Source: an uncultured delta proteobacterium
Lineage (GTDB): Bacteria > Desulfobacterota > Binatia > UBA9968
DNA: 64,000 nt
Direction: 5' to 3'
NCBI GenBank assembly: GCA_963745035.1
Contig: CAVUVW010000019.1
Span: 96,001 to 160,000 of the forward strand
Shown here: piece by piece, positions 48,624-59,718 of the stretch
How positions within the stretch are numbered: position 1 is the first letter of the stretch
Layout: each line of letters begins with the position of its first letter
Program-made: the position numbers and the translations under genes
Notes under the pieces: generated by a model
Told to the model about the DNA's origin: nothing
Databases searched by the model: none
What the model saw: only the letters and a program-made list of their open reading frames with translations

Positions 48624-49689
48624 GCTGTCTACATTGTTGTGCTTGACCAGAAACTGGCTCCATATTTACGAAGGCGTAACGAGACAGCGCTGGCTCCTGT
48701 TTACGAGGCTCTGCGCGGCGCTTAGGTACGGGCGGAGCGACCTCCTGAATCTGCGGCGCACGCGGGGAGTGTTGCTTAGGCGAGCGATCTCTTTAGTCCG
48801 GTCTTTGATCAATAAGTCGTATCAACTGAAAAGGGTCAAAAACACATTTCGGACAGTCAATAAAAGCGTCAAACAAGGGGCTAGCAAACAGCCGATCGCT
48901 TTACAAGTGGAAGAACCCTTAATCGAAACCTGCCGGATCAACAATCAATTACTGTTTTTGTATCGTTACGCGACCTCAGGTATAGAATACGCGATCCGGC
49001 ACATGCAAGACGACTATTATCTTACGCAGGCCGCAGTGTTTAGAGAGGGAGACATTGTTATCGATGTCGGCGCGCATGTGGGCGTGGTTTCGATATATCT
49101 GGCCAAGAAGTTTCCGTTTATAACGGTCTACGCCATCGAACCAGATCCACTGAACTACGTTTGCCTTACGCGGAGCATTGAGGCCAATAGAGTGACGAAC
49201 GTTGTCGCTATCAACAAAGCGGTCTCCGGAGACGGCCGAAAGCGAACGCTGTACGTCGACGCCGGGGAGAGCGCGTGGGCCACAATCAACCCCAAGACGG
49301 CGGTCTCGCAGCGGTTGCTGCGTCTGGCGGAAGTCGACACCATCACCCTAGAACAGCTCTTCCTGGAGCATGGAATCGAGCGTTGCCGGCTTCTGAAAAT
49401 AATCGCTCCAGGCGCCGTTGCCGAAACTTTAGGAGGAATCACAAGACGTGGCTGCGTCGATCTTGTTTGCGGCGAAGTGGACCTCGAGGATTGCAACCGG
49501 GTGCGGTTGGAAATCGGCAGTTGGAGAATCGCCCGTCAGCAGTTTTGGAGGACAATAGAACAGCGCGCTAAACAGACAGTCCATTCGTGGATACACCACC
49601 TTCCTAGTAGCAGCGACGAGTTTCCGTCCCATAACTCGTCATCGGCTTCGAGCGGCTGCTTAGCCTTTAGCGAACAACAATCGGATTGA
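48595..49689 (+). CDS. FkbM family methyltransferase (possibly the C-terminus of the upstream gene)
   Basis: VIDVGAHVG, YAIEPDP and TITLEQL motifs. Confidence 0.75.
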   Translation: MFTKRATPHELSTLLCLTRNWLHIYEGVTRQRWLLFTRLCAALRYGRSDLLNLRRTRGVLLRRAISLVRSLINKSYQLKRVKNTFRTVNKSVKQGASKQPIALQVEEPLIETCRINNQLLFLYRYATSGIEYAIRHMQDDYYLTQAAVFREGDIVIDVGAHVGVVSIYLAKKFPFITVYAIEPDPLNYVCLTRSIEANRVTNVVAINKAVSGDGRKRTLYVDAGESAWATINPKTAVSQRLLRLAEVDTITLEQLFLEHGIERCRLLKIIAPGAVAETLGGITRRGCVDLVCGEVDLEDCNRVRLEIGSWRIARQQFWRTIEQRAKQTVHSWIHHLPSSSDEFPSHNSSSASSGCLAFSEQQSD

Positions 49690-50050
49690 GTCGGAGAAGT
49701 TGTACGGAGTGGAGAACGTGGTGGTTCAACAATACCGCGAAACTCGGAAAGAGGAGGCGAGGAACACGCACGTGCGCGGCTGCTTAGCGGCGTCGTCTGA
49801 GGTGCTACGGATTATTTCGAAAACTCGTTCATATCAAGTGACTACGGAAATGTTTCAGATATTTTAGTCTTATTGTTCTGCATTGTAGTTCACTGGTTCT
49901 AGATTTAGAGCCGTCCACAATCACGTTGACCACGATCGAAGAATAATTAGCTGTGTCCCCAGACGCTCGACGTGGTATTCCCTTTGAAAACGGACGCGGA
50001 AAACGTTAGGGCATCATGTTCCACGTGGACTGACAGGGAAGGAGCCAGAG

Positions 50051-51770
50051 TTGCGTGATTACCTTCACTCACAGGTTAGTTGGAAGGCCGATTTTCTCTT
50101 TCTCTTGGTAGTTTCCCTTGTAGTCGTTGGTCTTTGGGTTCCGCGTTGGGCTGGACCTCTCGACCTCCGGTGGGATGGGGCGGTTTACTACATACTGGGG
50201 ACCTCCATCGCCGAAGGAAAAGGGTACCGATTACTCAATGAGCCCGGCGGAAATTGAAGCCATTCAGTATCCTCCACTTCTGCCTTTGCTCGCCGCTGTT
50301 CCTCAAATAATATTGGGGACCAACGACCCCATGATTGTCGGTAAATGGCTGAAGCTTTTCTTCTTTTGTTTCTATGCGTCACTTATGTTCGCTACTTATT
50401 TCATGCTGAAAGTGTTTGTTCCCCGCTGGCTTGCTTTTTTGGGGGTTCTTGCGTTTCTGCTGAATGTACAGGTCACATTTCACTCGAATCTCTTTTTCTG
50501 TGAAATACCCTTTGGCCTGGTGACGGTTCTCTTCATACTTTCCAATCACCGAAGCAGCAACTGGGTGCATGAAACATTGGCGGCGGTGTTGGCTGTCACA
50601 GCTTTCTTATTGCGCACTGCGGGGGTTGCTCTTTTCGCGGCCTGGGTGGCAGAAAGTCTGGTCAAGAAGCAATTCAAAAGAGCGGCGGTTCGGCTGCTAA
50701 TTTCAGCGATCCCCTTCCTGTGCTGGAACGCCTATGTCTTCCATGTGGAACGCAGCCCATCCTATACGACCCCCGCTTATCCGTATCAACGTGCCCCCTA
50801 CTTAAATCATAACGTAAGCTATGCGACGAACCTTACCCTGGAGGATAGTTTCAGTCCGGCGTTCAGCAAAACCACGGCCGCGCAGCTGACGAAACGTTTC
50901 TGGCAAAACCTCCTGGGAATGGGGATTACCCTGGGTGAGGCGGTCAGCGAGAGTCGAGGCTACTGGAAGGGCCGATTCAAATTCCGCGGCCAGCGCTTTC
51001 CTATTCTAAAGCGCATTCCGCAGCGGTCATTTTACATCCCCATGGTACTGCTTGGCGGACTCGTTCTGGGTGGGATGATTGTCTTTGTCAGGCAGGGCGA
51101 AATCTTCATACCAGTTTATATATTGATCTCTGTATTGCTGTTGTGTGCAACACCTTGGCCGGAGCAGTTTCGCCGCTATCTGACGCCGGTGATTCCTTTC
51201 TTGCTGGTCAGTCTTTTCACCTGTCTTCTCGCCTTCGGAACCTGGCTGCGAATGTTGCAGCCAAAGCTTTTTCGGAAATGCACGCCGATTTCTCTGATAG
51301 CAGTTCTAGCGCTGATTTATGCTGCGGAATTAGACAGCCTTTACTCGATGTACCACTATCATCTTGACAGAGTGAAGTCGGAAACGTACGACGGGAAACT
51401 CGTCGACTATCGCTTGTTCTATTACAGCCCTTCGGCCGAGTCCCTTGATTATGGACTGGATTGGTTGAAGAAAAGAGCAAATCCTAGTGACGTATTGGCA
51501 ACATCGATGCCGCACTGGGCTTTTCTAAGAACGGGATTGAAGGCGGTTAGACCTCCTCTCGAATCGAATCCCGACCGGGCCCAGGCCTTTCTAGATTCCG
51601 TTCCTGTTGCCTACATCGTCTTGAATTTTGAAGGCGAGATGCAATTTGTCAACTATCCTATTATTCCTCTCGTCCAGCACAATTCAAAAGTCTGGAAATT
51701 CGTTTATACGGATGAAAAGGGACTGGTTCACATTTACGAACGAGTACGATCCGAAGATCGGAACGAGTGA
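50051..51770 (+). CDS. Multi-TM GT-C-like (ArnT/PMT-like) membrane protein, with a frameshift near 50250
   Basis: N-part WDGAVYYILGTSIAEGKGY joins YPPLLPLL; many TM helices; CEIPF and LRTAG motifs. Confidence 0.7.
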
Positions 51771-51813
51771 GGACAATGAGTCCGTTGTCGAGCGTGAGTT
51801 CCAAGAATAAGTT

Positions 51814-53022
51814 ATGAAATTACTTATTACGATTCCCGCATTAAACGAAGAGGAGAGCATTCAGAGTATCATTGAACGCTGTATCGCGGCCAAAGAGGAA
51901 ATCACGACCCATTCTCCGGTGACCGAAGTGGATATTACCGTCGTGAGCGACGGATCAACGGACCGGACGGTTGAACGTGCTCGTCAGTTCGGCGAAAAGA
52001 TCAAGCTCATTATTTTTCAGAAGAATAGAGGCTATGGCGCTGCGATCAAAGAAGCCTGGCGCCAGTCCGATGCTGATCTTCTCGGGTTCCTAGACGCCGA
52101 TGGAACTTGCGAGCCTCGCTTTTTTGCTCAACTTTGCTCGACCATTGTCAGGGAAGGAGCCGAAATCGTTCTTGGTTCCCGTCTAAACAAGAATAGTAAA
52201 ATGCCGTGGGTCCGCCGATTTGGAAACCGTCTCTTCTCAACTCTTCTAAGCCTTTTGTCTTCCACCCGGGTTAGTGATACCGCGAGCGGCATGCGCGTCG
52301 TCCGCCGGACAAGTCTCTGGTCGCTTCTTCCCCTTCCGGACGGTTTGCAGTTCACCCCGGCCATGAGCGCCCGAGCTGTTCTGGGGAACCTGCGGATCCT
52401 GGAAATCGAGATGCCCTACCATGAGCGAGAAGGTGAATCCAAACTCCGGCTAGCGAAGGATGGGGTGCGCTTCCTGAAAGCCATTTTGGAAGCCTCTTTT
52501 TTATATCGCCCCGCGCGACCGCTTTTCATCTTGAGTCTCGCGTCTTTCGGTTGCGCCTGCGTCTTGATGGTAACTCCGATTATGTACTATCTACAACACC
52601 ATGCAGTTCAGGAATGGATGATCTACCGGTTTGTAGTAAGCCATCTGGCGGGTATTATCGCCTTCCTGTTTTTGTCAGCTGGTTACTTGAGCGCCCGGAT
52701 GGTTCAAATCGCCCTCGCAGAGAAGGGGAAGATGGGCCGGAGGTTTCAGGCTGTTTCCCGGTTTGTTCAAAGCCCAGGTTTTTGGCTGGTTCCGCTCGCG
52801 CTCTTGACGCTGGGAGGAATCTTGGTGCTGCCCAGTTTTCTTGAACTGGTGCACACAGGAGCAACATTCGAACACTGGTCCCGATTTATTGCAATGTCTT
52901 TCTTCTGGTCCATTGCCATCATCCTCATGGGGACTCGTTTTGTGGATTATGTGTTAAAGCTGCTCGAGGCGCAGGTGATCTATCTGAAAGAAACACAAAC
53001 TATCGGTAGAGAACAAAGGTGA
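51814..53022 (+). CDS. Polyprenol-phosphate glycosyltransferase-like GT2 with C-terminal TMs
   Basis: IPALNEE, SDGSTD, NRGYGAA, DADG, DTASG and REGESK motifs. Confidence 0.85.
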   Translation: MKLLITIPALNEEESIQSIIERCIAAKEEITTHSPVTEVDITVVSDGSTDRTVERARQFGEKIKLIIFQKNRGYGAAIKEAWRQSDADLLGFLDADGTCEPRFFAQLCSTIVREGAEIVLGSRLNKNSKMPWVRRFGNRLFSTLLSLLSSTRVSDTASGMRVVRRTSLWSLLPLPDGLQFTPAMSARAVLGNLRILEIEMPYHEREGESKLRLAKDGVRFLKAILEASFLYRPARPLFILSLASFGCACVLMVTPIMYYLQHHAVQEWMIYRFVVSHLAGIIAFLFLSAGYLSARMVQIALAEKGKMGRRFQAVSRFVQSPGFWLVPLALLTLGGILVLPSFLELVHTGATFEHWSRFIAMSFFWSIAIILMGTRFVDYVLKLLEAQVIYLKETQTIGREQR

Positions 53023-53089
53023 AGGTCTTGGCTATCTAATCCAGCGGATTGACCGGGTCCGCATAACGACAAGGGACAATCACTTCATT

Positions 53090-54370
53090 CTAGTCTTGCT
53101 TTCCGGCCACGGCGTTTTTCCGCGGTCCCGAAGCAGACCAATGCGGACTGAGGGAAACCACGCCAGTTACATGAGACGGTTCTCCCGGTTTCCGCTCAAT
53201 TTTCAAAGGATGCATTTGCAAGTGATGGTCGTACTTATACGACCAGTCGGTGGGATAGAGCCCAACGTTGAAGTAATAGCAGCCAGGAATAAGCGGCAGT
53301 TCGGGAAAATGGCAACGTAAAACGCCCGATTCAATGAGAGGCCCGAAGGTCGCTCGCGCCGAAAGAACGGCGACTTCGAAGCAATTTACATAAGTTTCGT
53401 TGGTGATTCCCAGATTAAGCGCGAGATCGGCCATAGGCTTTTCCAAGCGGTATTCCAGATCGATGGTCAGGCTATCGCCAGACTGCACGCAGTCGGTCAC
53501 TTGCTCTCGCTTGTCGTAAAAACGCACGTCGCAGATCGTCGCTTCCTGGGTTCCCTCCCGGCTGCCCTGCGAGACGGCGAGGCTAAGAGGGTTAGCAGTT
53601 CCCGAAAGCTGTGCCGCACGCTTTTCCGTTCGTTGACGCATCAAATCGTAGTAGTACTGCTCGGCGTGTTCCGGATCGCCTTGCATGACTATGCGACCTT
53701 CTTCTAACACGACAACCTCATCACACAATGTCTTAATTTGCATCATATCGTGCGAGGTTAGGACGAGTGTCTTGCCGGCTTTGCGGAAAGCTGTCAATCG
53801 ATCGAGGCACTTTTGCTGAAAGCGAGCATCGCCGACGGCGAGAACTTCATCAAGAATAAGCACCTCGGGGTCAAAGTGCATGGCGATGGCAAAGGCGAGA
53901 CGCAGATACATGCCGCTGGAATACGTACGAACTGGTTGATCGATAAAGTCTTCCAGCTCGGCGAAAGCAACGATATCTTTCTCTCCCGCCCGGACCTGTT
54001 GTCTTGTTCGGCCATTAAGTAGACCAGCCGTGAGAATATTCTCCCGTCCGGTGAGGTCCGGATGAAATCCGCTGCCGAGTTCGAGCAAGCCGCTGATAAG
54101 ACCTGTGGAACGAATCCGCCCCGAACTGGGCCGCCCTAGTCCGCATATTAACCGCAGCAGTGTACTTTTGCCCGCGCCATTGTGGCCAATGATACCAAGC
54201 ACGTGCCCCTGCTCCACAGTAAAGCTAACATCGCGCAATGCCCACAGCGTCCGGTGCCTCTTGGCTCGGCCCCTCAGCGTACGACTGACTAGTTCACGAA
54301 TTGTTAATGGACGCTCTTTCCGGAGAAGAAATCGTTTAGAAACGGACTCTACAGCCAATACCGTGGGCAT
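53090..54370 (-). CDS. wzt: Polysaccharide ABC exporter ATPase with a C-terminal Wzt_C domain
   Basis: GHNGAGKS, YSSGMYLRLAFA and DEVLAVGD motifs; long C-terminal extension. Confidence 0.88.
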   Translation of the reverse strand: MPTVLAVESVSKRFLLRKERPLTIRELVSRTLRGRAKRHRTLWALRDVSFTVEQGHVLGIIGHNGAGKSTLLRLICGLGRPSSGRIRSTGLISGLLELGSGFHPDLTGRENILTAGLLNGRTRQQVRAGEKDIVAFAELEDFIDQPVRTYSSGMYLRLAFAIAMHFDPEVLILDEVLAVGDARFQQKCLDRLTAFRKAGKTLVLTSHDMMQIKTLCDEVVVLEEGRIVMQGDPEHAEQYYYDLMRQRTEKRAAQLSGTANPLSLAVSQGSREGTQEATICDVRFYDKREQVTDCVQSGDSLTIDLEYRLEKPMADLALNLGITNETYVNCFEVAVLSARATFGPLIESGVLRCHFPELPLIPGCYYFNVGLYPTDWSYKYDHHLQMHPLKIERKPGEPSHVTGVVSLSPHWSASGPRKNAVAGKQD

Positions 54371-54376
54371 AGTCGA

Positions 54377-55168
54377 CTAGAGGGCGTCAATGACGTGTGG
54401 CTGCTGACGGAAGTAAATCAGATATCCGAGAATGCCGATAACGAGACTAGCGACGCCAATAAAAAAAAGCGCATGCCAATCTGGCGTACGCTGAAAAAAG
54501 AAAATATCCCGATAACTTTGGATCAACACCGCGATTGGATTCATCATCAGAATTTGAGAGTAATCTGTATCGAGTTGCTGCGGGCGATAGAAAACGGGGA
54601 TCAAATAAAAAAGGAGCGATAGCGCCACCCGCGTAAGATATTGAATGTCACGATAAAAAACGTTCAGCGTTGCCACGATCAGCCCGAGCCCAATCAACAG
54701 AATGCTCTGGATGAGGACTAAGAGTGGAAATGCCAATAGGGCTAAGCTTAAAGTGCGGCCATGCCATGCAAGCACAACGAGCAGAATGGGTAAACTGACC
54801 AAGTAGGTTAGGAGATTCGCTAGCGTGTTGACGATGACTAATGTCGCGGGTGCAAAATGAGGTCGGCGGAGCATATCTCGATTGCCAGTAAAGGCACCGC
54901 CCGCTGAACTTACGCAATTGCTGAACCACGTCCATGGCAGCAAAGCGCTAAAAACAAAAGCCGGATAGTCATCGATCCCTAATGGGACGATTCTGTTGAA
55001 AAGAAACACAAACACCAACAACTGGACCAAGGGAAGCACAACTGACCAGAGAACTCCTAACATTGACCCGGTATAGCGTACGCGAAAATCGCGTTGAACG
55101 AGATGAGAGATAAGGTCCAGTTGATACGTCAGGGAGCGCATAGGATTCGTCTTATCCTCAGAGGTCAT
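54377..55168 (-). CDS. wzm: Polysaccharide ABC exporter permease
   Basis: RDFRVRYTGSMLGVLW, YRDIQY and NPIA motifs. Confidence 0.88.
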   Translation of the reverse strand: MTSEDKTNPMRSLTYQLDLISHLVQRDFRVRYTGSMLGVLWSVVLPLVQLLVFVFLFNRIVPLGIDDYPAFVFSALLPWTWFSNCVSSAGGAFTGNRDMLRRPHFAPATLVIVNTLANLLTYLVSLPILLVVLAWHGRTLSLALLAFPLLVLIQSILLIGLGLIVATLNVFYRDIQYLTRVALSLLFYLIPVFYRPQQLDTDYSQILMMNPIAVLIQSYRDIFFFQRTPDWHALFFIGVASLVIGILGYLIYFRQQPHVIDAL

Positions 55169-56103
55169 TTGGCAAGCCAATTCTTTGCTGCTCCGAAGAA
55201 GTAGCCAAGCACCAAGATCAACTGAAGTTCGTGATAAAATCCGTCATCCGCACGCCCTGTCAACAAAGAGCCTACAGCCTGCCGCGACTGTGCTACCAGT
55301 TGTCCGTATCTCCATCTCGGCACTCTGAAAGGCAGGAGGGGTTTACTCGCTTTCCGCGGGACTTTCAGCGCCTGCCACTCTCCTATGCGGAAATACCAAC
55401 GCCGGAGATAGGACTTCGTGAACCGGGTTGCTACCGGGCAATGATATACGACGGCACCAGGATAGTACATAAATAAGTCGCCGCCGTTTTTTGCCCGTTG
55501 GACAAATTCAACATCGCCACCCATGGATAGTTTGTCTTTTCGTCTGTCGAGGTCCGGACGAAACAAGCCATGCTTATCAAAAGCGGACCTTTTGAAGCCA
55601 AGATTTGCGCCTATTCCGATGATGTTTGAATCGCTGTCGGAAAGAATAACGCTATCGCCAGCGTCGAACTTTCCCAGCGCTCCGTCATACTCGATTCTCC
55701 ACCACGGCGGTTTTTGCAGGTCATTCTTAAGCAGTACCTTGCCACCGATCCCTATCACCGGAAATCGATCAAAAGCATTTTTCATTTCAGTGAGCCAGTT
55801 GCTGGTGACCTCAACGTCGTCATCGATGTAAAACAGAAGATCTCCCTGAGCAGCCTTGACTCCGGCATTGCGTGCATGATTGAGTCCCGGTCGGCCTTCG
55901 AACACGTAACGGACTCCTACGTGTACATCGGCGCGCTGGGCAAATGTCGTAGTAATATGTTTCGTGTCATCATTTGAATTATTGTCAATCACAAGTATTT
56001 CCCAGAGGAATTCCTTGGGCACGTCCATGGAGCTTAGACTCAATAAAGCTCGACGCAAGCTGGCCCCGCGATTGTAGGTGCAGATGATAACGCTAATTTC
56101 CAT
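55165..56103 (-). CDS. Glycosyltransferase family 2
   Basis: SVIICTYNR, DNNSND, YIDDD and GANLGF motifs. Confidence 0.9.
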   Translation of the reverse strand: MEISVIICTYNRGASLRRALLSLSSMDVPKEFLWEILVIDNNSNDDTKHITTTFAQRADVHVGVRYVFEGRPGLNHARNAGVKAAQGDLLFYIDDDVEVTSNWLTEMKNAFDRFPVIGIGGKVLLKNDLQKPPWWRIEYDGALGKFDAGDSVILSDSDSNIIGIGANLGFKRSAFDKHGLFRPDLDRRKDKLSMGGDVEFVQRAKNGGDLFMYYPGAVVYHCPVATRFTKSYLRRWYFRIGEWQALKVPRKASKPLLPFRVPRWRYGQLVAQSRQAVGSLLTGRADDGFYHELQLILVLGYFFGAAKNWLAK

Positions 56104-56664
56104 CTTTTCCCCGTAAACATGACTACGTACTGCACCGATCAACGGTCGCGGATCTCACTCGGCGATCATACGGAAGGTTAACGTTTCACTTGCTTCTAAA
56201 ATGGCACGACCTCTCGATTGAGAATCAAGTAGCCGCCGAAAAGCACCTGGCAATTTTATGCGTTTTTCCAGCAGTCGGCTAATAGTCCGCACGTTTACAA
56301 ACGAGCCGCATAGGAAAAAGAGTATTGCGACCCTACAGAGTTCTACCTTTTGCTCCCTGCAAAATCGTCCATGGCTGAGTTTTGCTATTTTATCGTAGGT
56401 CAAAGTGCGACGGTGAATGAAGTTCAGACTTCGGCCAATTCCTTAACACGGCTCGAGTCGACTCGAGATACGCCGCGCATTTTTCGAATGTTGTAGTCCG
56501 GCGGCGAAGAGTGAACCATGTCGAGCTTGGAAGTTTTGAGCGCCGGATTTGATTGTGAACTCGATGTTGGAAAGCTCAATGTTGCCGATCAAAATTTGGA
56601 AGCACAATACTGCCATTTTGACACTCTATGGTAAACTGACACGTTCTCTTTCCATGCGTCATTT

Positions 56665-57669
56665 CTAATATGTATCGAACATCCGCTGGATTTCATCAGC
56701 GTTGGTTGTCTTGGTGAGCGCCAGGGAGAGCAGCAGACGGGCTTTCCACGGCTGCAGGTTGTCGCCGGCAACGAAGCCGCGTTTTTGTAAACCCGGGCTG
56801 CGCACGACGCGGCCGGAGGCGACGCGGCTGCATAGGCACATGATCATACCTTTTTCTTTGAAACATTTATCGAACGCCGCGTCTTCAGCGGGCGTCGGCC
56901 GTCCGGCGCCTGTTCCGGCGCTGACGATGCCTTTGGCGCCGGCGTTGGCCGCCGCTTCGATCATCGTGCCGTCAGCGCCGACATAGGAGAGAACCATGTC
57001 GACGCGCGGCAGGGACTGCAGATTTCTTACGTCGAATTCGGTCGCCGTCGTGTGCTTGCGTACCGGTTGGTGATAATAGACGATTTTCCCGTCGCCGTCG
57101 GCGTAGCCGAGCGGGCCCAGATCGCGGGACTGAAACGCTTCGACGCGATAGGTCGCGTTCTTGGTTACGTCGCGGCCGTTGAAGATCGTGTCGTTCATGA
57201 CCAGCATGCAGCCGCGGCCCCGAGAGCTTGGATCGGCAGCGACCTTGACGGCATTGACCAGATTCAAATAGCCGTCGGCGCTGATTGCAGAAGAAGGGCG
57301 CATGGAACCGACGACCACGACCGGCTTGTCGGTTTTCAAAGTTAGATTGAGAAAGTAAGCCGTTTCCTCAATGGTGTTCGTGCCGTGGGTAATGACCACG
57401 CCGTCGGCTTTGTCCTCGTCGAAGATTTTGTGAATCGTGCGCACGAGGTCGAGCCAGTCTTTGTCGACCAACGCGTGGCTCGGCAGGCGGCGGAAAGCCA
57501 TTTCTTGAACTTCGGCGATGTCTTTTAATTCTGGGAGTTGCTGCAATAGCTCGCCGTCATTGAGCCGTTTGCCGGCTTCGATGTACCAGGCAAGGTCAAG
57601 CCGGTCCTTGCCGACCGAGTCGATGGTGCCACCGGTCAAGATGAGCGCGATGCGTGGTAAATTCGCCAT
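56665..57669 (-). CDS. Asparaginase/glutaminase
   Basis: TGGTI, ITHGTNTIEETAY and GSMRP motifs. Confidence 0.9.
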   Translation of the reverse strand: MANLPRIALILTGGTIDSVGKDRLDLAWYIEAGKRLNDGELLQQLPELKDIAEVQEMAFRRLPSHALVDKDWLDLVRTIHKIFDEDKADGVVITHGTNTIEETAYFLNLTLKTDKPVVVVGSMRPSSAISADGYLNLVNAVKVAADPSSRGRGCMLVMNDTIFNGRDVTKNATYRVEAFQSRDLGPLGYADGDGKIVYYHQPVRKHTTATEFDVRNLQSLPRVDMVLSYVGADGTMIEAAANAGAKGIVSAGTGAGRPTPAEDAAFDKCFKEKGMIMCLCSRVASGRVVRSPGLQKRGFVAGDNLQPWKARLLLSLALTKTTNADEIQRMFDTY

Positions 57670-57801
57670 GAAAAATCTTCCTTCTTTCTCGTTTGAATTA
57701 GAATTTCTTACCCGTCCATGTCGCGAAGTTCAAGGGATTTCGGATTTAGCATTGCGGCGAAAGTGAACGGCTTGAAGGCTTAAATGTGCGGTTGCAAACG
57801 A

Positions 57802-58744
57802 TCACTTGTAAGCCTTCAGAGCGGGTAGAGCCTCCTTGCCGAAGCGTTCGATCTGTTCTTGGCGCTCGGGATAGTGCGGCATCATGAACTGAAGTCCGAT
57901 GTGAACGACGCCGACATCGATGAATTCTTTCAAGTCTCTCGGCAACCTGGTCGATGCTGCCTTTTAAATAGTCCGTGATTTGCGGGCCGGCGGTCGGAGT
58001 CAGTTCGACGGGAAGGCAGCATGCCAGGTCGACCTCGTCCGGATTTCGGCCGGCCTTCTTCGCTTCCGCGCGGACGTTCTCGAATCCCGCGGCCAATTCT
58101 TTTGGAGTGGTTTTCACGAAATAAGGAAACCAGGCATCGCCGTATCGGCCCGCGCGTCGCTGGGCATATTTGCCTTCGCCGCCAACCCAGATCGGCAGGC
58201 GCGGCTTTTGATGCGGTTTGGGGAGAAATGCGATGTCGTCAACGTTGTAGTATTTGCCGTGAAAGGTGATGTGCTCCTCGGTCCAAAGCTGTTTGATCAG
58301 AGCCAACTGCTCGTCGGAAACTTTGCCGCGCTCTTTGAACGGCGCGTTCATGGCGGCGAACTCTTCTTCCATCCAGCCGACCCCCACGCCGAGAATCAGA
58401 CGGCCGGTCGAAAGCTGATCGATGGTCGTCGCGATCCGAGCCCAGTGCAGCGGATGACGATAGGGAAGCACCATAACGCTCATGCCTAACCCAATTGTTT
58501 CCGTGCATCCCGCGAGAAACGCCAAGCACGTCATGGTATCGAAGAACGGCCGATCCGGCGGCACGATGAAAGTGGCTTCCTTGCTGTACGGGTAAGCGGT
58601 TTCAATCTTCCACGGAATCACCAGCCGATCGGCCGCCCAGACCGAATCGAAGCCAAGCGCTTCCGCCTGCTGCGCTGCTTGCATGAGCGTCTTGCGGCTC
58701 GCGGCACGGCCGGATACGGGAAGAAATACACCGAACTTCGTCAT
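57802..58744 (-). CDS. LLM class (F420/flavin-dependent) oxidoreductase, with a frameshift near 57930
   Basis: AEALGFDSVW, LPYRHP, GRLILGVGVGW and PIWVGG motifs; the plausible C-terminus (KEFIDVGVVH..ALKAYK) is in another frame. Confidence 0.85.
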
Positions 58745-58841
58745 CGATCCTCCGGGAAATTTCTTGACTCTTGATACATCGGAAGTTACGTTCCGTTTCG
58801 CTGTGAAAAGTCTTTCGTTCGAATAACATAAAGGATCTCAA

Positions 58842-59080
58842 ATGGCCATTTGGTTCAAGCTCGCGATTCTCGGATTGGCGGCATTGATGTTTTCATCAGC
58901 CCGAGCACAGGACCTTGTGAATGTTCCGGTGGCCATACCTGCAATTACTCCCGCAGCGGTCACGTTCGCAGTGGCGCGCGACCGAGGTTATTTCCGCGAG
59001 GAAGGACTCGATGCTCAATTGATCGTCATGCCATCGGCGATCGGAACACAGGCGCTGATCGGTGGCAACGTCAAGTTTTC
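58842..59080 (+). pseudogene. Truncated NMT1-like substrate-binding protein
   Basis: Signal peptide plus RGYFREEGLD..QALIGGNVKFS; resemblance to the family stops after about 80 aa. Confidence 0.65.
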
Positions 59081-59217
59081 GAATCTTCGACAATTCGGTG
59101 TTGTTAAAAGTTCGGCAGGAGTTACAGGGGAAAGGCTGGAAGCCGTAAACAAATTGACGGCAGTTACCGAACCGACTATTAGTGTTTTTACAGCGCGGGA
59201 AGATTACGAGGTGATCT

Positions 59218-59718
59218 ATGGAAGCGGCGGCAGTCGATGCAGTGCTGGATGGGTTGAAACGGTCGGGAGTCGATTTTGTCTCTCTTATGCCGGACTCGGA
59301 CTTTTCCGTGTTGCAGACGCGGGTCGCGAACGATCCACATTTTACCTATGTACCCGTAAGTAATGAGGCGATCGGCGTCGGCGTTTGCGCCGGCGCGTGG
59401 CTGAGCGGAAAACGGCCTGCGTTATTGGTACCGACGTCAGGTTTGCTCGTGGCGGCATGGCCGCTCACGAGTCTCTGTATGGCATGGAGTCTGCCGTTGC
59501 TTCTCCTGATTCCTTACCGCGGCGATATCGGCGATGCGTTTTGGTTGATGGGGCCGTATAAGGACACGACCGAGCCGCTGTTAAAAGTTTTAAATGCGCC
59601 GTATAGCGTGATTTCCAAGAATGAAGATATTTCTAAGGCGATCGTAGATGCCCAAGGATCGACGATAAGTTGGCAACGTCCGGTCGCCGTGCTGCTCACG
59701 GGAGAAACCATCAAATGA
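59218..59718 (+). CDS. ThDP-dependent decarboxylase alpha subunit (ComD / phosphonopyruvate decarboxylase-like)
   Basis: MPDS, NEAIGVGVCAGAWLSGK and YRG motifs. Confidence 0.75.
   Translation: MEAAAVDAVLDGLKRSGVDFVSLMPDSDFSVLQTRVANDPHFTYVPVSNEAIGVGVCAGAWLSGKRPALLVPTSGLLVAAWPLTSLCMAWSLPLLLLIPYRGDIGDAFWLMGPYKDTTEPLLKVLNAPYSVISKNEDISKAIVDAQGSTISWQRPVAVLLTGETIK

Noticed and set aside
50017-50032. parS-like sequence tgttccacgtggactg
   Set aside because: Single imperfect match with the right arm broken and no parAB nearby.
56155-56403. 82-aa ORF upstream of the GT2-wzm-wzt operon
   Set aside because: TTG start, no RBS or motif recognised; probably promoter-region DNA.
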